From: a virus | Taxonomy: Duplodnaviria > Caudoviricetes | IMG/VR virus record: IMGVR_UViG_3300050141_000005 | Coordinates: 1 to 26,070 of that record | DNA: 26,070 nt | Direction: 5' to 3' (one strand) | In this document: positions 8,931-16,133 of the stretch, piece by piece | Layout of the letters: each line of letters begins with the position of its first letter | Numbering within the stretch: position 1 is the stretch's first letter | Position numbers and translations under genes: made by a program | Notes under the pieces: model-generated | Told to the model about the DNA's origin: nothing | Databases searched by the model: none | What the model saw: only the letters and a program-made list of their open reading frames with translations

Positions 8931-9872
8931 TTAGAGTGAAGTCGCTGAGGGCGGAGTGAACGGCGTTCCGCCAAAGTTCAAAAGGTTATTGACTGGCGTG
9001 CCGTTTGCTTGCACACGACCGGCGCATGATGTCATTGTTTTGTCGCAGCCAGCAATTACGCTGAACGTATCTCCCGCGCTAACGGGCAACATCCACGGAT
9101 TCATCATGGTCAGTAATCCCGATGCGTGCAGCTTGACCGTCTGGCTCAGTCCAGCATTGGCGCCAGCGGTGCAAGTGACGACACCCTGAGTGAAATAGCC
9201 AGCCGCTTGCGTAAATGCTGTGACCGGACCGAGCACATACTGAGTGCTGCCAGATTCTGCTGTAAATGCTACTGTGTAGTTGCTGGCGCTGAGCGTGCAG
9301 TTGGAATCGCAGAAGCTCCACGGACAGCTCGGCTGAAACGTGCGGTTGGGAATTTTCTGGTTCGCCAGATACAGCGGATCACCACACTCGAATTCAACCT
9401 TGACGCGGTTGATCGCTTTGACCGATGTAATGGTTCCCTGAAACTTTGTTTCGATACCGCCAGCGGGAATTGTGCCGTAATGCCCAGCCGCGAAGTAAGC
9501 CGTATAAACCGTGATCGAAGCAGCATCGAACAGCCCGTTTGCAGCCGCAGCCAAGAGTCCTGTCGAACTCAGACCGGGATACGTGGTTGAGGGTTGCGGC
9601 ACGCAGATGAGGTCCATCGTGTTCGCTTTAAGATCAAAGCCAGCCTCACTCGTGATGACTCCGCGCTGCCAGCGCCCGTACTTGTTTGCTTCAAATGTTG
9701 TGGTCGATCCGCTCCATCCCGCTGTGCCGCTTAGAAGGGTTACCTTCCACTGACCTTCTGTCGCATAGAAAACAGTTCCTGTCGGCAGAGTGATGGCGAA
9801 CAAGTCTGCTTTGAGGCAGTTCTTGTTGGCGGCTAGCCAGTTAATCAGCGTGGATGACATGAGTCTCTTCAT
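8931..9872 (-). CDS. baseplate hub protein (DUF2163/BR0599-like)
   Basis: CPWSFCDSNC and GDTFSVIAGCDKTMTSC...NNLLNFGGTPF motifs. Confidence 0.88.
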   Translation of the reverse strand: MKRLMSSTLINWLAANKNCLKADLFAITLPTGTVFYATEGQWKVTLLSGTAGWSGSTTTFEANKYGRWQRGVITSEAGFDLKANTMDLICVPQPSTTYPGLSSTGLLAAAANGLFDAASITVYTAYFAAGHYGTIPAGGIETKFQGTITSVKAINRVKVEFECGDPLYLANQKIPNRTFQPSCPWSFCDSNCTLSASNYTVAFTAESGSTQYVLGPVTAFTQAAGYFTQGVVTCTAGANAGLSQTVKLHASGLLTMMNPWMLPVSAGDTFSVIAGCDKTMTSCAGRVQANGTPVNNLLNFGGTPFTPPSATSL

Positions 9873-9878
9873 AGCGCT

Positions 9879-9902
9879 CTCACTGTGTCTGAGGACCTGT
9901 TA
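9879..9902 (-). promoter_or_regulatory. motif B copy (putative late promoter/regulatory site)
   Basis: 22/24 identical to 22039-22062. Confidence 0.55.
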
Positions 9903-10562
9903 CACGAACTCCGAACTGAACTTGATCGAGGAGAAATCCCACTGGTCCGTTCCGCTGTTGATGGTGTAAGAACGGGTTGCGTCAATCGAGTCCTCAGAGA
10001 AGCGGCAGAGGAAATAAAAGCTTCCGGTCCACTGCAAGGTTGCGCCGCTAGCGGGTGCAGAAGTGAAAGTCGCCACGCCAGTGCTGGAGATTGAGACAGC
10101 AGTCACGACGGAGCTATTGACCTTGACGGTCGCACTCCCGTTCAGATTCTGAATAACGTCCCACGCAACACCACCGATAGAACGGGCAAGCTGGAACTGC
10201 GTTGAGACTCCGTCGCCCGTCGTTCCCATCGGAGCAGCAGCACCGTTCGTGACATTCAACATCCCAGAGTTCGCATACGAAACACTGCTGTCTTGCGGAT
10301 CAGTGAACAGGAATAGTTGATTGCGCCCCTGACATGCCATCATGGTTCCCATGAATGCTGCAACGGTGGATGAAGCAACTGCTTCATTGCCAGTGATGCT
10401 GTCTAGGTCAAATTCCATGTCCCACAGCGCGTATGGAGTCAGCGACACAGAGGCATTCCCACGCCCAGCCGCTACCTTCTGAAATGCCGTGTTGAATGCC
10501 GGAGACTTTTTCAGACCCTTTGCCATAGACAGCGGCATCGTTGGCATGATGGTGTAAGACAT
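9900..10562 (-). CDS. distal tail protein (DUF2460-like)
   Basis: FLFTDPQD, GTTGDGVSTQFQL and GATLQWTGSFYFLCRF motifs; immediately follows the tape measure gene. Confidence 0.85.
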   Translation of the reverse strand: MSYTIMPTMPLSMAKGLKKSPAFNTAFQKVAAGRGNASVSLTPYALWDMEFDLDSITGNEAVASSTVAAFMGTMMACQGRNQLFLFTDPQDSSVSYANSGMLNVTNGAAAPMGTTGDGVSTQFQLARSIGGVAWDVIQNLNGSATVKVNSSVVTAVSISSTGVATFTSAPASGATLQWTGSFYFLCRFSEDSIDATRSYTINSGTDQWDFSSIKFSSEFV

Positions 10563-10564
10563 GA

Positions 10565-12748
10565 TTACCTCTTATTCATCTTTCTGGCGGCAGAGACCAT
10601 GTGGCGCTGAAATGTACTCGCGTGCTTAGCCAGCAGCCTGTCTACGCCCTCTGCATCAACAGCATGAATCTGCGGAGCGAAGGTGTTGTGCATGTGAACG
10701 CCGCCAGCGCTACCACCGCGCCCCTCAGCCGCATTGACCCTATCGGTCAAAGCTTTTGTGACTACTGTTTCCCCACCGTGACCGATGATGGGAACAGCGC
10801 CAGCGCCTGGGATTGTTCCGCCTTGCTCAAAGGCGAGAGCTTTAGCAAAAGCACCAGCGCCTTCTGCGACGGCTATTGGTAGCGGAGTTCCCTCAGCCAG
10901 TGCATTGGAGAACTCGGCTGCCCCTGCCTTTTCAGCATTCATCAACTTCCAGCGAATAAAATTGGCGATGGCGTCCTCAACAATTTCCCTGCCGATCTGC
11001 TTCAGTGCAGACGACAGGCTCTTCGCTTCAACGATGCTCTTCGCAATGCCCTGTGAGAAGCTCTCATTGAACTTCGTCACGCTGGATTGCAGGCTGCCGT
11101 GGATGCTCTGAGAAAGAGTGGGAACATCCTTGTTCATCTCTTTGAAGAACTGCTGCCAAGTTGGGTAGAGCTTCGCAAGCTGAACATTCAGCCCAGCGAC
11201 TTGCGTTGTAGCGGTCGTTGTCGCAACTTTCACATCTGCGTTGTATTTGTTGGTTATGGCGTCTAGCTGCGCCATCTTGTTCGTGGCATCATTCAGAAAA
11301 GCGATGTACTTCGGGTCTGACTTATCGCTGTTATTCGCACCGAGAACGTTGGACGCGGCGCGGTTGTCAGCATCAATTTCTTCTTGCACTGCGCGGCGCT
11401 TGGCAGCAACTTCCTGCGTCAGAGCAACGAGACGCGCCCCAGACTCGCGCTGGATAAGGGCAATTTCTTGCTGGACAGCCTCATGGCGACTAATCAACCC
11501 GAGTTCGGATGCATTAGCAATGGCGCCCCTCTGCTGGTCCAAAGAAGCTTTGGCAACCTCTGCCTGATTGGAAAAGTTCTGCTGTGCGGTTTGAAGTTCT
11601 TCCTGAGCAGCTTTCTTCTGGGCTTCGGCGATGGACTTGAAGAAGTCTTCCGTCTGGCTCAACGCTTCGCTGTTGTTCGATCCTTTGTAAGCTTCGCGCT
11701 GTGCGCGGCCAAAGGCGACGTAGTTTTCCATTGCATGCGCGACAGATTCGGCCACAGCTTTGTTGGCTTGGATTAGTTTGGTTGCTGCTTCCTTTGCTTC
11801 GTCGGCACTTTCAAGACCAGCGATAGTCTTCTTTTTGCCGCCCATCTCAACCATCGTGCTGAGGTTTTTGATTTCGACAGCGGCTGAAGAAGCGGCAGAG
11901 GTCATTTGCATCAGCAACTCATCATGACCCTTCAATGAAGGCATTGAGGCGTCCATTGCCTGCTTCTGTTTCTGAAGTGCGCTAATCAGCGCCTGTTGCC
12001 CAGCAGCCTGACTGTCTTTGTCCATGGGCGCTTCAGCCAGCTTGCGCCGCGCCTGCTCTACACCCATCATTGCTTCCTGAACTTTGTGGAGGGCCTCAGT
12101 GGTTGTGCCGTAGCCCTTGCCCTGTGCAACACCACTCCAGGCATCACTGACGCCGCGCTTGAAGCGTTCCCACAGTCCGGTCTGTTCAATGATGACTGTG
12201 TTCATTTTCTGGAAATCGGTTGCAAAGGATGCTGCCAGTTTGTCGATAGCCTCACTGGACTCAAGGATGGCTTCCTTTATGTAGTTGCGAGGAAGTTTGT
12301 GGGTTAGCTTCGCTATCTGGTCATCGAGCTTGAGGTTGGTTATCTCAATCTGTTTACTTTGGTCCGCTTCTTTGACAGCCTGACTTCCAGCTTCAATGGC
12401 GGCTTTGTTGATCGCAGCAGCAAGTGCCTCATGTCTTTCAATTAGTTTTCCCACAATGGCGATGGCAGCTATGACGCCGATCAACGGGAGCATTGTTGAA
12501 AAAGCAGCGCCGACGCCGGGGATTTGCGCGATGAGAGTATTAAGGTGTCGAGGCAGGTGAACGCCAACAACCTCTTCGGTAAGCATCAGTCCACCACGAG
12601 CTTCGGTGAAGCTATGATCCATAGCCTCACCAGTCTCTTGGGACTTGCCCTTCAAAGAATCGAGGTCGGCTTGGACCTTCCCCATGTCGGACCTAAATTC
12701 GGCAGTCTCTGCCCTGAGCTTTACGATTAGTGCCCCGACCTCGGACAT
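10565..12748 (-). CDS. tape measure protein
   Basis: 727 aa, Ala/Gln-rich and helical; N-terminus VGALIVKLRAETAEF; C-terminus FEQGGTIPG...HGGETVV; follows the chaperone genes. Confidence 0.9.
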   Translation of the reverse strand: MSEVGALIVKLRAETAEFRSDMGKVQADLDSLKGKSQETGEAMDHSFTEARGGLMLTEEVVGVHLPRHLNTLIAQIPGVGAAFSTMLPLIGVIAAIAIVGKLIERHEALAAAINKAAIEAGSQAVKEADQSKQIEITNLKLDDQIAKLTHKLPRNYIKEAILESSEAIDKLAASFATDFQKMNTVIIEQTGLWERFKRGVSDAWSGVAQGKGYGTTTEALHKVQEAMMGVEQARRKLAEAPMDKDSQAAGQQALISALQKQKQAMDASMPSLKGHDELLMQMTSAASSAAVEIKNLSTMVEMGGKKKTIAGLESADEAKEAATKLIQANKAVAESVAHAMENYVAFGRAQREAYKGSNNSEALSQTEDFFKSIAEAQKKAAQEELQTAQQNFSNQAEVAKASLDQQRGAIANASELGLISRHEAVQQEIALIQRESGARLVALTQEVAAKRRAVQEEIDADNRAASNVLGANNSDKSDPKYIAFLNDATNKMAQLDAITNKYNADVKVATTTATTQVAGLNVQLAKLYPTWQQFFKEMNKDVPTLSQSIHGSLQSSVTKFNESFSQGIAKSIVEAKSLSSALKQIGREIVEDAIANFIRWKLMNAEKAGAAEFSNALAEGTPLPIAVAEGAGAFAKALAFEQGGTIPGAGAVPIIGHGGETVVTKALTDRVNAAEGRGGSAGGVHMHNTFAPQIHAVDAEGVDRLLAKHASTFQRHMVSAARKMNKR

Positions 12749-12751
12749 TAC

Positions 12752-13225
12752 TTAACCTTTCTTCGGCTTCAAATGCGGCCAGCAGCTATTGAAAATCTGC
12801 TCCGCGTCCAGATACCCAGCGGCTTCTAAGTCCTTGATTGCCCTGCCGCGAATCTCCATGACCTTTTCCCGCGATGTGTCCGAGGGAACGTTCATCACTT
12901 TCTTGCAGTGGCGCTTCGCTGCATCCAACCGCTCTTTCTTCTGTGCGCTCTCACCGTCACGGATAAAATCAAACGGCTGGATGATCGGATCGTCTGCCTT
13001 GCTGCGGTTCACATTTGCCACCACGGAAGCTGTCAGAGCATTCGCTAGCCGCTCATACTTGATCCGAACGTTACGGCGCTTGCACAGCGCCTGAAACATT
13101 GCTGGCGTAAGTTCCTCGAACTCTTCCCAGCTAAGCCCGAGGTCATAACGCGCCAGTGCCCACAGGTCCAACCAGTTGTCGGGCGGCTCCTCTATGCGGT
13201 CAGAGTCGCCGTCTACAAGTTTGGG
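12752..13225 (-). CDS. tail assembly chaperone, frameshift (gpGT-like) extension
   Basis: The -1 frame is open from the slippery site into the 139-aa ORF (…KLVDGDSDRIEEPPDNWLDLWALARYDLGLSWEEFEELTP). Confidence 0.8.
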   Translation of the reverse strand, partial: PKLVDGDSDRIEEPPDNWLDLWALARYDLGLSWEEFEELTPAMFQALCKRRNVRIKYERLANALTASVVANVNRSKADDPIIQPFDFIRDGESAQKKERLDAAKRHCKKVMNVPSDTSREKVMEIRGRAIKDLEAAGYLDAEQIFNSCWPHLKPKKG

Positions 13226-13596
13226 TCGGCAGTTGCACCCGCCACCTGATGCTTTTTCAGCGCTTCGACAATGCCGGGGAACATCAATTCAAAAATCTCA
13301 TCCAACAAGAGCCTTTGCGCCTCTGGATTGAGCGCTTCTATCACTTCATCCAGCGTCACTTCTGGATTGAATTTCTCCAAACCACCCCACACGATCTTGG
13401 GGAAGTCCTTGCCGGACGAAATCTTCTGCCAGTCATCAACCTTCTTCAGGTCAAGACCTGTCGCTTCTTCGATCCGAGCAATTGCGCGGTATGTGTAGCA
13501 GAGGCGCCAAGTGCGAGCCGGGCTGCCGTCTTCGCTGTCGAGAATGAGGGTGAAATGCGGAGTTACCCGCGTTTTGATTTCTGTTTGCTTTGACAT
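13213..13596 (-). CDS. tail assembly chaperone (gpG-like)
   Basis: Between tail tube and tape measure; L.YTYRAIARIEEATG motif; GGGAG RBS; ends in C CCA AAC TTG TAG. Confidence 0.85.
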   Translation of the reverse strand: MSKQTEIKTRVTPHFTLILDSEDGSPARTWRLCYTYRAIARIEEATGLDLKKVDDWQKISSGKDFPKIVWGGLEKFNPEVTLDEVIEALNPEAQRLLLDEIFELMFPGIVEALKKHQVAGATADPNL

Positions 13597-13604
13597 TTTG
13601 TGAA

Positions 13605-13632
13605 CTCTCCCTATATGTCAGAAAACCTGTGA
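13605..13632 (-). promoter_or_regulatory. motif B copy
   Basis: Minus strand TCACAGGTTTTCTGACATATAGGGAGAG shares ACAGGTTTTC.GACA with 22039-22062. Confidence 0.5.
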
Positions 13633-13665
13633 CCACACTCCGGGCTTTAACGCCGAGCGACTGAG

Positions 13666-13700
13666 TAAAATGGCGGGGTGGACTTTCACCACCCCAAGCC
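13666..13700 (-). terminator. intrinsic terminator after the tail tube gene
   Basis: Minus strand GGGGTGG-TGAAAGT-CCACCCC stem, extended by GGC/GCC, followed by ATTTT. Confidence 0.65.
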
Positions 13701-13702
13701 GA

Positions 13703-14128
13703 TTACGCCAGTGTCCACGGACCAGTCAGCTTGATCTTCACGTCAAGCGTGGCGGGCTTGTCCAGCGGGAATGCACGAGTCATGGACTCAACAATGCCCG
13801 AGAACGAAGTGCTGTTCGAGGAACCATACAGCGCCTTCATGTTCACAGCAGCGCCAGAGAGGCGGATAGCTTCCAAAGCGACCTGCGTAGAGTCGCCGGG
13901 CTGGAACAGGCACTTCACATCGCAAGTTCCGGGGTCTTGAGTGCTGGAAATGAACGTATCCACACCGTTAGCGGTTCCCATCTGCGTAGTCTTCTCGGTA
14001 GCAACTTTGTCGCCTGAGAAGCTGACAGACAGCACACCGTCAAGCACGGTGTAAGTTGAGGGAGAGCCAGCCGTGGCGAATTCAAAGCTATCGCCGATGC
14101 CGACAATTCCTTGCACTGGATTAGGCAT
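13703..14128 (-). CDS. major tail tube protein
   Basis: 141 aa; strong AAGGAG RBS; DPGTCDV...FSGIV...DVKIKLTG pattern; upstream of the chaperones and followed by a terminator. Confidence 0.85.
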   Translation of the reverse strand: MPNPVQGIVGIGDSFEFATAGSPSTYTVLDGVLSVSFSGDKVATEKTTQMGTANGVDTFISSTQDPGTCDVKCLFQPGDSTQVALEAIRLSGAAVNMKALYGSSNSTSFSGIVESMTRAFPLDKPATLDVKIKLTGPWTLA

Positions 14129-14143
14129 TGTGTAACTCCTTAG

Positions 14144-14935
14144 TTATGCCGCCAATGGCGGTTGATTTGTACTGCATTTCTCCGCATCAATGGCGGCGAA
14201 GAATTCGGTCGGAAAAGCGCTGCGGTCAACTGCCGGCCACTGCTTATGCTTTCCGAGATACTTCTGTTTCGAGCACAGATTCTGCCCGTGGATCCGACAT
14301 GCGATAAGATGGCCGCTATCGCATGAATCAAGCTGCTTCAGGTGCAGAGCAGCATCAGTAAACGGGCGATCTTCGCTGTCTGTTTCTGGGAATGAATGCT
14401 TTTCCCACCACTGCCGTGTGTAAGCCAGATTCGCGCCGTATGCATACGGCTCATGTGGTCGGCCAGGGCTGTAGTGATAGCGATACAGGCGGCCATCATC
14501 ATCATTCCAATACAAACTGGAATGGAACCCGGTCACCGCCTTGCCCGTATCCAACAACCTTGCGACTTGCTGACTCACGCGGTCTGGGTGTTGCCAGTCG
14601 TCGTCATCAAAGTGAACGACAATGTCTCCACGCGCATGCCAGTTGCCCGTATTCCTAAGAGCGCCTATCGGTCGGTGCGGTAAGGACAGGAATGTCACTC
14701 TCTGCCCGTCTGCAAGCAGCGCACTGAATCCGGTGAATCCATCTAGGATCTCGACGCTTTCAGACTTGACGAGCTTGCTTACTCTGAACAAAAGCTCGTC
14801 ATCTTCCGCGTTGTTAACGATCACCAATTCCATCGCGCCTTTGTAGCTTTGGGCGAGAAAGCAATTGAGAGCAGTACCAGCAAACCTACCGTTTGCACTC
14901 GGCAGCAATACACTGACGCTTGGGAAATCAATCAC
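14144..14935 (-). CDS. family 2 glycosyltransferase
   Basis: VSVLLPS...FLAQSY...ELVIV, IGALRNTG...ARGDIVVHFDDDDW (DxD), SEDRPF; GTGA overlap with the upstream gene. Confidence 0.9.
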   Translation of the reverse strand: MIDFPSVSVLLPSANGRFAGTALNCFLAQSYKGAMELVIVNNAEDDELLFRVSKLVKSESVEILDGFTGFSALLADGQRVTFLSLPHRPIGALRNTGNWHARGDIVVHFDDDDWQHPDRVSQQVARLLDTGKAVTGFHSSLYWNDDDGRLYRYHYSPGRPHEPYAYGANLAYTRQWWEKHSFPETDSEDRPFTDAALHLKQLDSCDSGHLIACRIHGQNLCSKQKYLGKHKQWPAVDRSAFPTEFFAAIDAEKCSTNQPPLAA

Positions 14936-15327
14936 CGTTTATTCTCCAAGTCCTGAACGAGTCCAACCGCTTCAGTTGCGAAGACATCCAGTACTTTGTC
15001 CTTGCACGATTCCCAAGCTCTCGAAAGCCAATGTTGGGCAGGGTTGGTTCTCGTACCAAATTCCTGTAGTGATCCCCACCACGCAGATTTCAAAGGTCCG
15101 ATGTTTATTTCCAGCGCCGTCTCACCATCGCCAGAGGACCATTCCTTTTTCCAGCCCAGTTGTTCTTCCAGCACTCCGACATCAACAGGGACGGTCGCGT
15201 GCGCCGCCTCTATAACGACTTCGGCTGCTGGCTCGGCGCACCGCGACAGATAGCGCTTCGCTGCTGCTGGTGACTCTTCCGTCAGCAGTCTCGAAAGGTC
15301 AGCTAAGCCTTCAATTTCAATGGGCAT
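14932..15327 (-). CDS. HK97 gp10-like tail completion protein
   Basis: IEIEGLADL...VPVDVGVL...LQEFGTRTNPAQHWLSRAWE motifs. Confidence 0.88.
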   Translation of the reverse strand: MPIEIEGLADLSRLLTEESPAAAKRYLSRCAEPAAEVVIEAAHATVPVDVGVLEEQLGWKKEWSSGDGETALEINIGPLKSAWWGSLQEFGTRTNPAQHWLSRAWESCKDKVLDVFATEAVGLVQDLENKR

Positions 15328-15337
15328 GAGCTTCTGG

Positions 15338-15445
15338 AAGTGAACAAAAGGAGGGAATGACGTGTCGCATCAACCGTGGGTTGATGGAAGGTACTGTAGG
15401 ATGTCGTCTTCGCCTTGAGGCTCTGCTCTGCCCTTGTGTTCACTT
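15338..15445 (-). ncRNA. candidate structured RNA/leader with two boxed segments
   Basis: 9-bp perfect closing stem (15338-15346 with 15437-15445), 8-bp internal hairpin 15368-15386, and two CGACA-N10/11-CCTT units; lies directly downstream of motif A. Confidence 0.5.
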
Positions 15446-15470
15446 ACATATAGCGGCTCAAAAATCACAT
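15445..15470 (-). promoter_or_regulatory. motif A copy 2 (putative late promoter)
   Basis: 24/26 identical to 2083-2108; 15-bp exact match to 23753-23767. Confidence 0.55.
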
Positions 15471-15481
15471 GGGGTCGTTGC

Positions 15482-15490
15482 TGTTATACT
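15482..15490 (+). promoter_or_regulatory. extended -10 promoter for a leaderless transcript
   Basis: TGtTATACT ending 7 nt before ATG 15498. Confidence 0.6.
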
Positions 15491-15497
15491 TTCCGGC

Positions 15498-15713
15498 ATG
15501 GACACACAACAGATTCTCCATGCTGTTAAAGCTGAAATCTCCCGTCTCCAGAAGGTCGTAGCGCTCCTTGATGATGGCGCGACGAACCACACACCAGCCG
15601 CTACTGCAACGACTCCGCTCAAGCGCAAAGCTCACAAATGGACAAACGCTCAACGCAAAGCCATGAGCATTGCTCAAAAAGCCCGATGGGCGGCTAAAAA
15701 GCGGAAGAGTTAA
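15498..15713 (+). CDS. small basic protein (coiled coil, linker, basic helix), probably nucleic-acid binding
   Basis: MDTQQILHAVKAEISRLQKVVALL...KWTNAQRKAMSIAQKARWAAKKRKS, 71 aa; start moved from 15357 to 15498 because of the promoter. Confidence 0.8.
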   Translation: MDTQQILHAVKAEISRLQKVVALLDDGATNHTPAATATTPLKRKAHKWTNAQRKAMSIAQKARWAAKKRKS

Positions 15714-15779
15714 CTTGAGCGGATACATCGGAAGGGTCATTCCCTACTGTAGGACCTGTCCTATTGAGCGGCTGTTAGC

Positions 15780-16121
15780 TTATTCCTGCGTTCCCGTGAT
15801 TGCACCAGAGGCGAGTATCATCTGGTCAAACTGTGATTTCAGAGAAGAGATAAGGGACGAGATTCCGCCGCTGATGGTTCCAGACCACGAGCCGTCCTGA
15901 GAAAAGAACGAGCCATTCTGGTTGACCACAACGTCAAGGTTAGGCATGTTCGGCGCGAACGGAGAGTTTCCGGTCCCCCGCCGGATCGTCGCGTAGATAA
16001 TTCCCGCCAGCAAGTCGATCCTCACCGCCGACACGAACAGCGTATCGGTAGTGGTGGTTGTCGTCTGACCGTTCATCGTGGCTTGCACAGTTGTGACGTA
16101 TGCTGGGCTGAGTAAAATCAT
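15780..16121 (-). CDS. hypothetical virion-associated protein
   Basis: 113 aa, GAGGAA RBS, Thr/Ser/Gly-rich, directly after the fibre gene. Confidence 0.7.
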   Translation of the reverse strand: MILLSPAYVTTVQATMNGQTTTTTTDTLFVSAVRIDLLAGIIYATIRRGTGNSPFAPNMPNLDVVVNQNGSFFSQDGSWSGTISGGISSLISSLKSQFDQMILASGAITGTQE

Positions 16122-16133
16122 GTTGTTCCTCTT

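Noticed and set aside
8426-10562. Gene transfer agent cluster
   Set aside because: The baseplate is GTA-like, but the long tape measure, morons and homing endonuclease fit a phage better.
15348-15406. CRISPR array or canonical TIGR array
   Set aside because: Only two boxed units, the boxes are 4-5 nt and differ from the TIGR motifs I know, and no cas or tas gene is in the window. Kept only as a candidate guide-like element.
15357-15497. N-terminal extension of the 118-aa plus-strand ORF
   Set aside because: Runs through the structured element; the promoter and protein pattern favour ATG 15498.
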